64,000 bases of DNA from an uncultured Candidatus Rokubacteria bacterium (GTDB lineage Bacteria; Methylomirabilota; Methylomirabilia; Rokubacteriales; DASRDR01), in contig CAWGVS010000012.1 in the NCBI GenBank assembly GCA_963826115.1, positions 256,001-320,000 on the forward strand, in the 5' to 3' direction. How positions within the stretch are numbered: the stretch's first letter is position 1; each line of letters begins with the position of its first letter. The position numbers and the translations under genes were made by a program. Positions 30,149-39,958 of the stretch are shown piece after piece. The notes beneath the pieces were generated by a model. The model saw only the letters and a program-made list of their open reading frames with translations. It was not told the origin of the DNA and made no database searches.

Positions 30149-31789
30149 GTGCTCCTCTCCAACGGGCGCATCTACACCCTCGACGCCGCCGACCGCGTCG
30201 TCGACACGCTGGTCGTCCGCGAGGGCCGCGTGGCCTTCGCCGGCCGTCGCGGGGACATCAACGCGCCCGCCGGGGAAACCGAGATCGATGTCGGCGGGCG
30301 GGCCGTGCTGCCCGGCCTGGTGGACGCCCACGGCCACCTCATGTACCTGGCGCGCCTGCGCCTGACGCTCGACGTCGCGGGGCTCGCCTCGGAAGCCGCG
30401 TGCGCCGCCCGGGTGGTCGAGCGCGCGGCCACCGTCGCGCCGGGCGAGTGGATCGCCGGCCGCGGATGGGACCAGAACCGGTGGCCGGGCGCGCAATATC
30501 CACGCCGGGAGTCGCTCGACCGCGCGGCGCCGGGCCATCCCGTGGCCCTCACGCGCGTCGACGGTCACGCGATCTGGGCGAGCTCGGCGGCCCTCCGGAT
30601 GGCGGGCATCGACCGGCACACGCCGGACCCGCCGGGAGGGCGGCTCGAGCGCGACGCCCACGGCGAGCCGACGGGCGTGCTGATCGACACCGCCCAGGAC
30701 CTCCTGCGGCGCGTGGAGCCGCGCCCCCGCCCGGCGCAGCTCGAGGGCGCCGTGCAGGCGGCGATCGCCGACTGTCTCGCCGTCGGGCTCACCGGCGTCC
30801 ACGAGATGGGCGCCGACCTGGACGCTCTCGCCGCGTATCGCCGGCTCGTCGCGCGCGACGCGTTCCCGTTCCGGAACGCGGTCGCCCTCCGCGGCGCCGA
30901 TCCCGCCGCGTGGCAGGCGGCGCTCGAGGGCGGCCCCGAGCGCCACGGCGACGGCCGGCTGGTCGTGGGGGCCGTGAAGCTGATGGCCGACGGGGCGCTC
31001 GGCTCTCGCGGGGCGGCGCTCCACGCGCCGTACTGCGACGACCCCGAGAATCGCGGGCTCCTCCTGCTGCCGCCGGACGAGCTCGAACGGCGCGCGCGCG
31101 CCGCGGCCGAGCGCGGCTTCCAGGTCTGCGTGCACGCGATCGGCGACCGCGCCAACACGCTCGTCCTGGACGCGCTCGAGGCGGTGCTCCACGGTCGCGC
31201 GAGCGCGGCCGGCGGCCGCCTGGCGGCCGTGCCGGGCCGGGATCCGCGTCACCGGGTCGAGCACGCGCAGATCCTGGCGGAGGCGGACATCCCGAGGTTT
31301 CGCGGGCTCGGCGTCCTGCCGAGCATGCAGCCGACGCACTGCACCTCGGACATGCCCTGGGCCGACGCGCGGCTGGGGGCGGACCGGCTGCCCGGCGCCT
31401 ACGCCTGGCGCTCGCTCCTCCGGACGGGGACGATCATCGCCGGCGGGTCGGACTTCCCGGTGGAGCTCCCGAATCCGTTCCACGGGATCCACGCCGCCGT
31501 CACGCGACGCCCGCGGTCGGGCCCGGATCCCGGGTGGCAGCCCGAGCAACGCATGACCCGGGCGGAGGCGGTCCGCGCGTTCACCGCCTGGAACGCGTAC
31601 GCCGCGCACCAGGAGGCCCTCCTCGGCACGCTCGTGCCGGGGAAGTGGGCGGACCTGGTCGTCTGCTCGGCGGACGTCTTCACGTGCCCGGAGATGGAGA
31701 TCGAGGCGATCGAGCCGGTCCTGACGCTGGTCGCGGGCGAGATCGCCCTCGACCGGCGCGGCGAGATTGGCGGAAGCCGAAGCGGCTGA
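30149..31789 (+). CDS. Amidohydrolase 3 family (YtcJ-like) metal-dependent hydrolase
   Basis: NGRIYT, LPGLVDAHGH, KLMADGALGSRGA, HAIGDRAN, RVEHAQ, GSDFPV. Confidence 0.9.
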   Translation: MLLSNGRIYTLDAADRVVDTLVVREGRVAFAGRRGDINAPAGETEIDVGGRAVLPGLVDAHGHLMYLARLRLTLDVAGLASEAACAARVVERAATVAPGEWIAGRGWDQNRWPGAQYPRRESLDRAAPGHPVALTRVDGHAIWASSAALRMAGIDRHTPDPPGGRLERDAHGEPTGVLIDTAQDLLRRVEPRPRPAQLEGAVQAAIADCLAVGLTGVHEMGADLDALAAYRRLVARDAFPFRNAVALRGADPAAWQAALEGGPERHGDGRLVVGAVKLMADGALGSRGAALHAPYCDDPENRGLLLLPPDELERRARAAAERGFQVCVHAIGDRANTLVLDALEAVLHGRASAAGGRLAAVPGRDPRHRVEHAQILAEADIPRFRGLGVLPSMQPTHCTSDMPWADARLGADRLPGAYAWRSLLRTGTIIAGGSDFPVELPNPFHGIHAAVTRRPRSGPDPGWQPEQRMTRAEAVRAFTAWNAYAAHQEALLGTLVPGKWADLVVCSADVFTCPEMEIEAIEPVLTLVAGEIALDRRGEIGGSRSG

Positions 31790-32093
31790 AGGGGCCGCTC
31801 CCGCCCATCCGGGGCGGCCGGCCGATCAGTCCCGGATGGGCATCCCGCGGTCGTCGAGCTGGGGCGGGCCCGCCCACCCCCGGAGGCCGCGCCCGCTGCC
31901 GGCGCCGGGCCTCCTCGATGGCCATCCGGGCCTCGTTGCGGCGGGACCGCCGACCGGGCCGCTCTTCGACCACGGTCGGCGGGGCCGCGCTGAGGGTCGG
32001 CCCAGCCGGTGCGGGCGTCCGCGACCGGGTGAGCTCCGTCACCAGGAGCGTCGCCAGCACCAGGGCGAGCGCGAGGTTGATCCAGCGCAGCAC
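31680..32093 (-). CDS. Hypothetical small membrane-anchored protein
   Basis: N-terminal hydrophobic helix directly after pilX; the 3' end overlaps the convergent gene, so the boundary is doubtful. Confidence 0.35.
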   Translation of the reverse strand: MLRWINLALALVLATLLVTELTRSRTPAPAGPTLSAAPPTVVEERPGRRSRRNEARMAIEEARRRQRARPPGVGGPAPARRPRDAHPGLIGRPPRMGGSGPFSRFGFRQSRRAGRGRSRPRPASGPARSPRSPSPGT

Positions 32094-32117
32094 GCGTCGG
32101 GACCCGCCCTCAGCGGC

Positions 32118-34349
32118 CTACTGGAAGATGCCCAGGCGCCAGCTGTAGCTGTCGATCCCGAGCGACGTCGCCGCGGTGAAGTTCGGGAAGCCGGGGAACG
32201 CGGGCGGCGACAGCGCGCGGTACCGGAGCCGCTCGTCGTACACCCAGTCGCGCGCGTACCCGGTGTTCGACGACGGCTGCCCGAACGTCCCCATCGTCTT
32301 CTGGACGACGCCGCCCAGGACCGTCGAGATGCCGCGGTACGAGCCGTTCGGGTCGTCGAAGCTGAACTGCCCGCTCGGCTCGGCGTTGCCGCTCGAGTTC
32401 GCGACGAAGAGCATGGCGTGAGTCTGGAGGTCGCCCGTGAGCGCGGCGGACAGCCGGATGCCGCCCGGCATGCCGAGCCCCCACGACACGACGCCGAGCA
32501 CGTTCTGGACGTCCAGCTGGTCGTCGGCGCTCGTGCCGCTCGCGTCACCGGGGATCGGATCGCTGAAGATCAGGTCCGCGCCCCGCGGCTCCACGCGGAG
32601 GTTCAGCTGGCCGGCGATGAAGATGTTTCCATCGGCCGCCACCGTCATCCGCATGCCGCGCGTCAGCGTCACCGTGTCCTGGTAGATCGCATACGTCGGG
32701 CTCAGATCGATACCGCCGTTGGTGTTGCTGCCGGAGCCGGTCACGGGGCTCACATAGGTGCCCCGCCGGAGCCCGTGGAGCGTGCTCGCGTTCCCCGCCG
32801 TCCCCGTTGTGCCGATGTTCCCGGTGGCGAAGATGACGCCGCGGTCGGTAGCCGTGTCGGGGCTGAAGACGCCCGTGAGCGTCTGATCGCGCAACGCCGA
32901 GGTGACACCCGTGTCATCCCACCACTGGGTGCCGCTGGCGCTGCACGTGCCGCCAGGCGAGCCCTGCGCACTCGTCTTCAGGCATTGGCGCCGAACTCGC
33001 GTCTGCCCCGCACCCGGCTGACCCTCCTCGATGATGGTCCGCTTGTCCACCGCCGTGTAGATGACGATCGTCTGGCCGGTCGCCGTGCTCGAGAGGAGAA
33101 TCTCCCGCGCGTCGCCGGTCACGAAGATGCCGCCGGTCAGGGCGCCGTTGGCGCACACGTTCGACACGATCACCGGGACGGCGCAGTTCAGCACCGGCAG
33201 GCCCGAGAGATTCGCGGCACCCACGCAGGAAACGGTCGACACGGCCCGCGCCACGCAGGCCTGGGCGAGCCGGTCCGCGGGGTTGTTCCCGCCGGGGAAC
33301 GGAATCGGGTCGATGGCGACCGTGGTCGGGTCGAAGTCGTAGCCGCGCGTGAAGCCCGAGCAGTCCACCGACTTGCACAGGATGCCGGGGTCGCCGCCGA
33401 GAAGCGGCCAGTCGCGGGACGAGCTGTCCCGGCTCAGGTTCGTGGCGCTGCCCGCGTTGTTGAACCGGGTCGTGGTCAGGGTCTGGGTCGCCTCGCTCTT
33501 GAAGACCGGTCCCTCGTTCCCCGCCGTGTTGATGTCGCCGAGGATGCTGAACCGCGTGTTCGTGTGGACGGGCCCCGTGTAGGTGTGCCGGTAGCTCATC
33601 CACGGGTCGCCGGAGCCCGCGTCCTGAAACTGGTCGATGAAGTGCGCGTACTTCACGAACTCGGCGTTCAGCGCGATCCGGAACGAGCCCTGCGTGTTCA
33701 AGGGCACCGAGGAGTCGTGGATGATCCACTGCTGGCGCGCGCGCCCAGACGTGCCGCTCGACTCGATGCGCCACACGTAGGTGAAGACCGCCCCGAGCCC
33801 GCCGTTCGTGATCGCAGGCGGGATCGTCGGGTGCGTGCTCACGATCACCCGCGTCGTGAACGCCAGGTTGGCCGGGCAGCCCCCCGTCCCTGGGCACGTG
33901 ATCGTCATGACCGTCTGCTGCGCGTCCGGGATGCTCCCAACCGCGCTGTAGTTCGGCTCCGCGCAGCCGCCGGAGCAGCTCTGGAACGCCGGGCCGCTCG
34001 AGGGCACCGCGAAGTCCCGGATGAACTGGGCGCCCCCGTTGGCGCTGTTGTACGTCGCCACGAGCGCGGTCTTCATGGCCGGCCGGCCCGTCGCCGAGAC
34101 GGCCGCCGGCAGATCGACGCTCAGCCGCTGCAGGAGCAGCTTCCGCCCCCAGTTGGCCCCGGCCTCGGCGGCGTAGGCCGCCTGCGCCTCGTCCTTGGTG
34201 AGCTGGGCGATCATGGTCTCGTTGCGCGCGAGGATGACGAGCGCCGCGATCATCGTGCTGAGCAGCACCATGCCAGCGATCGCAGCGAACAGGGCCACCC
34301 CCCGCTCGTTCCGGGCCGGAGCAGCGAATCGGACCGCGAATCTAGACAT
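32118..34349 (-). CDS. pilX: PilX-like minor pilin with large C-terminal (DUF4900-like) domain
   Basis: ERG|VAL prepilin site without E5, A.YAAEAG, GPVHTN, W.YD.RL....PP.FP; AAGGAGG SD. Confidence 0.75.
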   Translation of the reverse strand: MSRFAVRFAAPARNERGVALFAAIAGMVLLSTMIAALVILARNETMIAQLTKDEAQAAYAAEAGANWGRKLLLQRLSVDLPAAVSATGRPAMKTALVATYNSANGGAQFIRDFAVPSSGPAFQSCSGGCAEPNYSAVGSIPDAQQTVMTITCPGTGGCPANLAFTTRVIVSTHPTIPPAITNGGLGAVFTYVWRIESSGTSGRARQQWIIHDSSVPLNTQGSFRIALNAEFVKYAHFIDQFQDAGSGDPWMSYRHTYTGPVHTNTRFSILGDINTAGNEGPVFKSEATQTLTTTRFNNAGSATNLSRDSSSRDWPLLGGDPGILCKSVDCSGFTRGYDFDPTTVAIDPIPFPGGNNPADRLAQACVARAVSTVSCVGAANLSGLPVLNCAVPVIVSNVCANGALTGGIFVTGDAREILLSSTATGQTIVIYTAVDKRTIIEEGQPGAGQTRVRRQCLKTSAQGSPGGTCSASGTQWWDDTGVTSALRDQTLTGVFSPDTATDRGVIFATGNIGTTGTAGNASTLHGLRRGTYVSPVTGSGSNTNGGIDLSPTYAIYQDTVTLTRGMRMTVAADGNIFIAGQLNLRVEPRGADLIFSDPIPGDASGTSADDQLDVQNVLGVVSWGLGMPGGIRLSAALTGDLQTHAMLFVANSSGNAEPSGQFSFDDPNGSYRGISTVLGGVVQKTMGTFGQPSSNTGYARDWVYDERLRYRALSPPAFPGFPNFTAATSLGIDSYSWRLGIFQ

Positions 34350-34363
34350 CGGGAGTTCCTCCT

Positions 34364-35089
34364 TCAGGGCACGTTGCGCGCACGCGCTTCGGACGTGAGC
34401 GTCTTCGTCACAGCCTGGCCGCTGATGGTCGCGCGGCCCGTCAGGGTGATGACCACCCGTCGGACCCGAGCGCGGTTCGCATCGGACAGGGTCGAGCAAG
34501 CCGTCGCGGAGATAGCCGGCGGCACCAGTTGCGTGTTCGGCGAGGCGTCGTCCGGCCCGGTGAAGTACTGGAACATGTCGACGCCGGCGGGGTTGGCCAC
34601 CAGATCCCGCGCGAGCTCCTCGGCGCCCGTGGAGACGGCCACCCAGGCCGCGCCGGCGTCCGGCTGGCCGCCCAGCGTCCCCCGCGTCTCACGGAGCGGC
34701 GAGCCCGTCGCCGGAGTCGTGGGCCAGAAGAAGAACACGTTCTCGTCGGGGTCCTGCACGTCGGCGTCGCCGTTCAGGTCCGCGTAGAGCCGGACGCAGT
34801 TCCGGCCCGCCTCCCGGAACGCGGTGAACGCCGGGTTGTTGGGCGTCGCGCCGCCGCCCCAGGGCTTGTTCTGCGGGTTGACACCCGCCGCCTGGATGAT
34901 GTGCGTCACCCGGTCCATCGCCACACGCACGTTCTGCTGGAGGTCGGTGACCTCCGAGCTCTGCATGTAGCTCTTCTGGGACTGCTCGATCAGGACGAGG
35001 ACGCCCGCGACCAGGAGGGTCCCGACCGCAAGCCCGACCATGATCTCGACGAGCGTCGTCCCCAGCTGGTTCCTGCCGTGTCTCAGCAT
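34364..35089 (-). CDS. pilW: PilW-like minor pilin
   Basis: QLG|TTLVEIMV prepilin motif; QQN.R.AMD...I..AG; C-terminal RN. Confidence 0.75.
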   Translation of the reverse strand: MLRHGRNQLGTTLVEIMVGLAVGTLLVAGVLVLIEQSQKSYMQSSEVTDLQQNVRVAMDRVTHIIQAAGVNPQNKPWGGGATPNNPAFTAFREAGRNCVRLYADLNGDADVQDPDENVFFFWPTTPATGSPLRETRGTLGGQPDAGAAWVAVSTGAEELARDLVANPAGVDMFQYFTGPDDASPNTQLVPPAISATACSTLSDANRARVRRVVITLTGRATISGQAVTKTLTSEARARNVP

Positions 35090-35099
35090 CGCCGTGCCC

Positions 35100-35525
35100 C
35101 TAGCTTCCCCGCGTGAAGATCATCGTCAGCGCCACCGACTGCTCATCCCCGGAGCTGTTCTTGTAGAACACCGACACGACCACGGTCTTCGTGCCGACTT
35201 CCGGCGCGTCGTTGGTGATGCCAATAGTCCGGCGGTAGTTAGGGTAGCTGATGCTCGAGTACGTGAGGCTGCCGTAGCCGGTCGTCAGCGGGAACGTGGT
35301 CCCGTTGACCAGCTCGTCGGTGTCCAGGTCGTACGCGCGGTTCCGCATGTCCTCGAGCACCCGGCGCGCCAGGAAGGTCGCGGTCGTCGCCTGGTCGCCG
35401 CCCTGGATCGCCATGCTGCCCGGCGCAAACGCCGCGGCCAGCCCCATGAGGGCAACGCCGAGCAGCAGGAGCGCCACCATGAGCTCGACGAGAGAAACGC
35501 CTGCCTGCTGTCGCCGGATGGTCAT
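35100..35525 (-). CDS. pilV: PilV-like minor pilin
   Basis: QAG|VSLVELMVAL prepilin motif; A..LA...LE; ATGA overlap with the upstream gene. Confidence 0.75.
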   Translation of the reverse strand: MTIRRQQAGVSLVELMVALLLLGVALMGLAAAFAPGSMAIQGGDQATTATFLARRVLEDMRNRAYDLDTDELVNGTTFPLTTGYGSLTYSSISYPNYRRTIGITNDAPEVGTKTVVVSVFYKNSSGDEQSVALTMIFTRGS

Positions 35526-36043
35526 GGACATGTCGCCGTCCCCGTGCACGAGCGCACGCGGCCGGGGGTATTCACCTCCACCCGCCAGGTCGTGCCGCTC
35601 GGATAGGTCACTAGCACGCTGCCGTTGCCGGTCGAGGTGGAGCCCTTGGCGTCGAACCGGATCTCGGACGGCGTCGCGGACACCGTGGCGCCCCCGATGA
35701 CCGCCTCGACGACGTCGGGCGGCCGGTTCGCGGGGCACGTGTTGCCCGTCGGCGTTCCGGCCGTGCAGATCGTGGAGATCTGCGTGCTCGTGAAAATCAC
35801 CCGGTACGTGGCGGTCGTGCCGATGGCGTTCTGCCGGGCGTTCCGGAGGGTCTCGACCACCTGCTCGGCCCCCCCTCGGGTCTTGAGGTCGGGCATGATG
35901 GACCCCAGGAAGGGCAGGCTGGCCACCGCAAAAATGGTGATGATGGAGGCCACGACCACCAGCTCGGTCAGGGTCATCCCTGCCTCCTGGCGCATGGCCC
36001 GGCATCCGCCCACCGCTCGAGTCCGGAAAACGTCAGTCGTCAT
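35522..36043 (-). CDS. FimT/FimU (GspH-like) minor pilin
   Basis: EAG|MTLTELVV prepilin motif; LR.AR..AI; I.F...G; GRV. Confidence 0.8.
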   Translation of the reverse strand: MTTDVFRTRAVGGCRAMRQEAGMTLTELVVVASIITIFAVASLPFLGSIMPDLKTRGGAEQVVETLRNARQNAIGTTATYRVIFTSTQISTICTAGTPTGNTCPANRPPDVVEAVIGGATVSATPSEIRFDAKGSTSTGNGSVLVTYPSGTTWRVEVNTPGRVRSCTGTATCP

Positions 36044-36068
36044 GACTCACCTCGCCGCAGGCAGCTAG

Positions 36069-36085
36069 AGCAACGGTCATGCCAA
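36069..36085 (-). promoter_or_regulatory. Sigma-54 (-24/-12) promoter of the pilin cassette
   Basis: TTGGCATGACCGTTGCT matches TGGCAC-N5-TTGCW with exact GG-N10-GC spacing, 25 nt before the ATG. Confidence 0.75.
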
Positions 36086-36361
36086 ATACCTCCGCCCTCT
36101 GGATCCGATTCAGGCTGCTCGCCAACTGCGCACGGGCCAATAGTAGAGGAATTCCGCCAACAGTATCGAATGGGGATCCCGGGGTGGCGTCCAGACCGAC
36201 GGGACTGGTGACGATCCACGTCAGGGGCCTGCCGTGGCGTGGCAGGAAGGGGGTGTCAACATGGCTGCGTCACAACTCCTCAGATGATGACTATCCGGCG
36301 CCCTTGGTGTCGGCGGCACCGCCGGATCGAGACCCTGGGCCCGCGTCGGGCGCGCGTACTC

Positions 36362-37249
36362 CTAGTGGTGGCAGGTCACGCACTCGAGCGGTCCCCGCCG
36401 CTCGGCGTGGCACGAGACGCACCAGCCCATCGTGAGAGGCGCCACCTGGGCAACGCGCTGCATGCGCTCGACCGGCCCGTGACACGTCTGGCAGGCGAGC
36501 CCCACCTGGACGTGGCGCTTGTGCGGGAAGTAGACGAACCCGGCGAGCTTGTGGACGCGAACCCAGGGGATCGCCTGCTGCCGATTCCAGTGCTCGTGGA
36601 TCTTCTGCACCTCGGGGTTGCCCTGGGCCGCGACGAGCTTGTGACAGCCCATGCACCGCGCGACCGACGGCAGGCCGGCGAACGTGCTACGGCGTGCATC
36701 GGCGTGGCAGAACTGGCAATCGATCCCGTACGAACCCGCATGGATCGCGTGGCTGAACTCGATCGGCTGGGCGGGCGCCGGCGCGATCGGGTGGACCGGG
36801 GGCGCTGCGAGCGGGCGATACGGCGGCTGCGCCAGCGTCCGGATGTACGCGACGACATCCCGGATCTCGCGATCGGTCAGGAGCCGACCGAACCCGGGCA
36901 TCTGGGGCGCGAGGCCGACCGCCGCCGCGCCGTCACGGACGATGGTCGTCAGGAAATCGTCGGTGAGCGGGTTGAGCAGCCGGCCGGCCGTGAGGGGCGG
37001 CGGCTTGATCGGGAGGGCGGCGGCCCCAGGGCCGTCCGCCGTCCCCGTCGCCCCGTGGCAGGTGGCGCAATGCCGCTCGAAGACGGCCCTCCCGGGATGG
37101 GCGGGCCCGGTCGGGGCGGCGGGCTGCCCGGCGACCGGGCGCGCCGCCGGGCCCCACGCGACGAGCGCCCACGCGCCCGCGAGGGCCACCGCCCACCACC
37201 GGCCACCGGGGACCGGGCGGCGGGCTCGTCGGAGCCCGAGTCGGCCCAT
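36362..37249 (-). CDS. Hexahaem cytochrome c: class-I monohaem domain fused to an ActA/QrcA-like pentahaem domain
   Basis: CATCH + MPGF; QPI.FSH..HAG, CQFCH, CMGCH, CQTCH, MGWCVSCH, CVTCH. Confidence 0.85.
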   Translation of the reverse strand: MGRLGLRRARRPVPGGRWWAVALAGAWALVAWGPAARPVAGQPAAPTGPAHPGRAVFERHCATCHGATGTADGPGAAALPIKPPPLTAGRLLNPLTDDFLTTIVRDGAAAVGLAPQMPGFGRLLTDREIRDVVAYIRTLAQPPYRPLAAPPVHPIAPAPAQPIEFSHAIHAGSYGIDCQFCHADARRSTFAGLPSVARCMGCHKLVAAQGNPEVQKIHEHWNRQQAIPWVRVHKLAGFVYFPHKRHVQVGLACQTCHGPVERMQRVAQVAPLTMGWCVSCHAERRGPLECVTCHH

Positions 37250-37270
37250 GCCCGGGGTGCGAGGGGGCGG

Positions 37271-38599
37271 CTAGACCGCCCCTTCCGCCTGGAGATCGGC
37301 CACGGCGCGGGTCACCGCCTGCACGGTCTCCTCGATCTCGCGGTCGGTGTGCACGGCGGACACCCAGCCGTGGTTCTGGGACATGTCGACGCCGTGCAGG
37401 ATCAGGGCGCAGCGCCACTTGTGGACGAGCCCCGGGCTCTTCGCCTTCGGCGCGCTCTTGCCCGGCGCCGGCGGCGGCCCGTCGAGCGAGATGTGGACGA
37501 TCGAGACATCGCCGTACGCGACCATGGGCGCGCCCGCTTTCCGGAACACGTCGTTGAAGGCGGTCCGGAGCTCGGCGCCGTTCGCGTTCGCCCGCTCGTG
37601 GTGCTTCCCGTCCGCGATCTGCGAGAGCATCGCGATCCCTGCCGCGGAGACGATGGGATTCGAGTTGTAGGTCCCGTTCTGCGCGACGCGCTTCGACCGG
37701 TTCCACTCGGGATCGTCGCCGAACGCCATCAGGCCGACGATGTCGCGGCGGCCGCAGACGGCGGCGCCGGGCAGGCCGCCGGCCACGATCTTGGCGAGCG
37801 TGGTCATGTCCGGCGTGACGCCGTAGTACTCCTGCGCACCGCCCGGGGCGTACCGAAAGCCGGTGATGACCTCGTCGAAGATCAGCACGGTGCCGCGGTC
37901 CTGGGTCACCTGCCGGAGGTCCTTCAGGAACCCGGGGTCGATCGGGAACACCCCCGCCTGGCCGCCGCTCGGCTCCAGGATGACGGCGCCGATGTCGTTC
38001 CGGCTCGCCAGGAGCTGCTCGACCGCCGCGATGTCGTTGGGCGGCGCGAGGAGGACCTCGCCCAGGACCCCGCCAGGGATGCCGGCGGACATCGGCACGT
38101 CGAACGGCGGATTCACGCCGGCCGAGACGCCGTCGTGCCAGCCGTGGAAGTGGCCGGTGAACTTCAGGACCTTCGGGCGCCCGGTGTACGCGCGGGCGAG
38201 GCGGAGCGCGAGGTGGGTCGCCTCGGTGCCCGACATCGTGAAGCGCACCAGCTCGGCCGAGGGAATGAGCCGGGTGATCCACTCCGCCCACTCGACCTCG
38301 AGCTCGTGGCACGCGCCGTAGTGGGTCCCGCGCGCGATCTGCCGCTGCACCGCCTCGACCAGCCCCGGATGGGAGTGCCCGAGGAACAGGGCGCCGTGCC
38401 CCATCCAGTAGTCGATGTACTCGCGGCCGTCGACGTCCCACTTGCGCGGGCCCGCGGCGCGCTCGATGTAGAGCGGGAACGGCGTGAGATACCGGCCGTC
38501 GTGCGTGATGCCGCCCGGGATCACCCGCCGGGCACGTTCCCAGCGCGCCCACGAGCCGGGCAGGGTCTTCCGGTACCGCTCGCTCACCGTCTCCCGCAT
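37271..38599 (-). CDS. Class-III PLP aminotransferase, copy 2
   Basis: Same motifs as 15358-16674, with long identical peptide stretches. Confidence 0.85.
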   Translation of the reverse strand: MRETVSERYRKTLPGSWARWERARRVIPGGITHDGRYLTPFPLYIERAAGPRKWDVDGREYIDYWMGHGALFLGHSHPGLVEAVQRQIARGTHYGACHELEVEWAEWITRLIPSAELVRFTMSGTEATHLALRLARAYTGRPKVLKFTGHFHGWHDGVSAGVNPPFDVPMSAGIPGGVLGEVLLAPPNDIAAVEQLLASRNDIGAVILEPSGGQAGVFPIDPGFLKDLRQVTQDRGTVLIFDEVITGFRYAPGGAQEYYGVTPDMTTLAKIVAGGLPGAAVCGRRDIVGLMAFGDDPEWNRSKRVAQNGTYNSNPIVSAAGIAMLSQIADGKHHERANANGAELRTAFNDVFRKAGAPMVAYGDVSIVHISLDGPPPAPGKSAPKAKSPGLVHKWRCALILHGVDMSQNHGWVSAVHTDREIEETVQAVTRAVADLQAEGAV

Positions 38600-39513
38600 C
38601 ACGCAGTCTCCTCTTGGCGCGTCGGGACCACCGGGGCGCGCCGCGTCTTCAGGTGTCCGACCAGTCCTCTCAGCGTCTCGAGCAATGCCTGGTGCAAGCC
38701 CAGCGGCAGGTTGTCGACCGACGGTTGGGCGACCCCCGTGAGGCCGTCCACGCCCCCCGCCCGGACCATCGCCCGCGTCAGTCGGGCCTCGTCCTTGGCC
38801 GTGTGGAGGAGCGCGCGGCCGGTCGCGAGGGCGAGATGCGCCGTCACGCCCCAGGCCCCCCAGTTCGAGGTCCCGGCGACGATCAAATGGTCGGTGCGCA
38901 CCACCGAGGCGATCTTGGCTCCGTTGGGGACGTCGCGCACGACCCGGGCCCGCACGCGCCCCATGCCGATCTCGTTCCCGCCGTCCCCGACGCCGATGGT
39001 CACCCGACCGGCCCGGCGGCGAAGGAACAGCGCGTCCAGCGGGGCGTTCACGCCGGCCACCGAGAGCCCACGGGCGTTGTAGTACCCCCCGTCCCGCGCG
39101 CGCCCGGGCCGCTCGATCGCGACGAGGTGCGTGGGCGCGAAGGTCTCGACCGTCTCGCGCGCCGCGCGGAGGGCCGCCGCCGGCTCCGCCGGCACCGGGA
39201 CGAGGTCCCGGGGCTCCCCGAGCGCGCGGAGGCACGCCTCGAGGAGGGGCGCCACCGGGGGGTCCGCGAGGTACACGACGCGCGCACCGAGACGGCGGAG
39301 GGCCCGGCCAAGCACCACCGTGCCGGACGGCCCGTCCGTCTCCGCCGCCCAGGTCGGCCGCGCGACGAATCCGGTCACCAGGACCACGCGCTCGGCCCGC
39401 GCCAGGCTCTGGGCGGCTGCCGCCATCGCGCCCGGCACGACGAGCCGCCCGATGCCACGCCCCCCCAGATCGAGCGCGCAGAGGGTCTCGACGGGGTCCA
39501 GAACCGGCGGCAT
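38599..39513 (-). CDS. DUF4392 / D-glutamate cyclase-like protein
   Basis: TGF, ETDGP.G, IERPG...DG.YYN.RG, GDGGNEIGMG, SNWG. Confidence 0.8.
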   Translation of the reverse strand: MPPVLDPVETLCALDLGGRGIGRLVVPGAMAAAAQSLARAERVVLVTGFVARPTWAAETDGPSGTVVLGRALRRLGARVVYLADPPVAPLLEACLRALGEPRDLVPVPAEPAAALRAARETVETFAPTHLVAIERPGRARDGGYYNARGLSVAGVNAPLDALFLRRRAGRVTIGVGDGGNEIGMGRVRARVVRDVPNGAKIASVVRTDHLIVAGTSNWGAWGVTAHLALATGRALLHTAKDEARLTRAMVRAGGVDGLTGVAQPSVDNLPLGLHQALLETLRGLVGHLKTRRAPVVPTRQEETA

Positions 39514-39958
39514 GGCCCACAAAGCCTAACATCGGGTCCCAGGGCGGACAACGCCGGCCCGACCCGCCGGGGCGTCCCGGCGCGTTCGGCCGGACCGGCA
39601 AACGAGCGCACCGCGGCTACGGGACCTCCCCCCCTCGACACGGGCGCTCGCGGACATGACTCGGGTATCGACGGCCGAGGAGGGGCAGGTTCCCGCCCAC
39701 GTTGAGCGCCCGCGCCGGCGCGATCCCGATGGCCGCACGGACGGGCCGGAAGCCCTCTTCGAGTCGCTCGGTCGATGTCGTCGGACGCGACGCGTGGAGA
39801 CGGCCGGCGAGCGCGGGTGCGGCGTCGCGCGGCGCAGCGGTCGACGGGCGGTCGGCGGCTATAATCGCCTGCGTGAGGTCTGTGCGTCGCGGGTGTCGGC
39901 ACCGGGCCGCTCGACTGATGCCGGAGGGCCCCGGCCGGCCCGGAGCCCGTCGCCTCCC

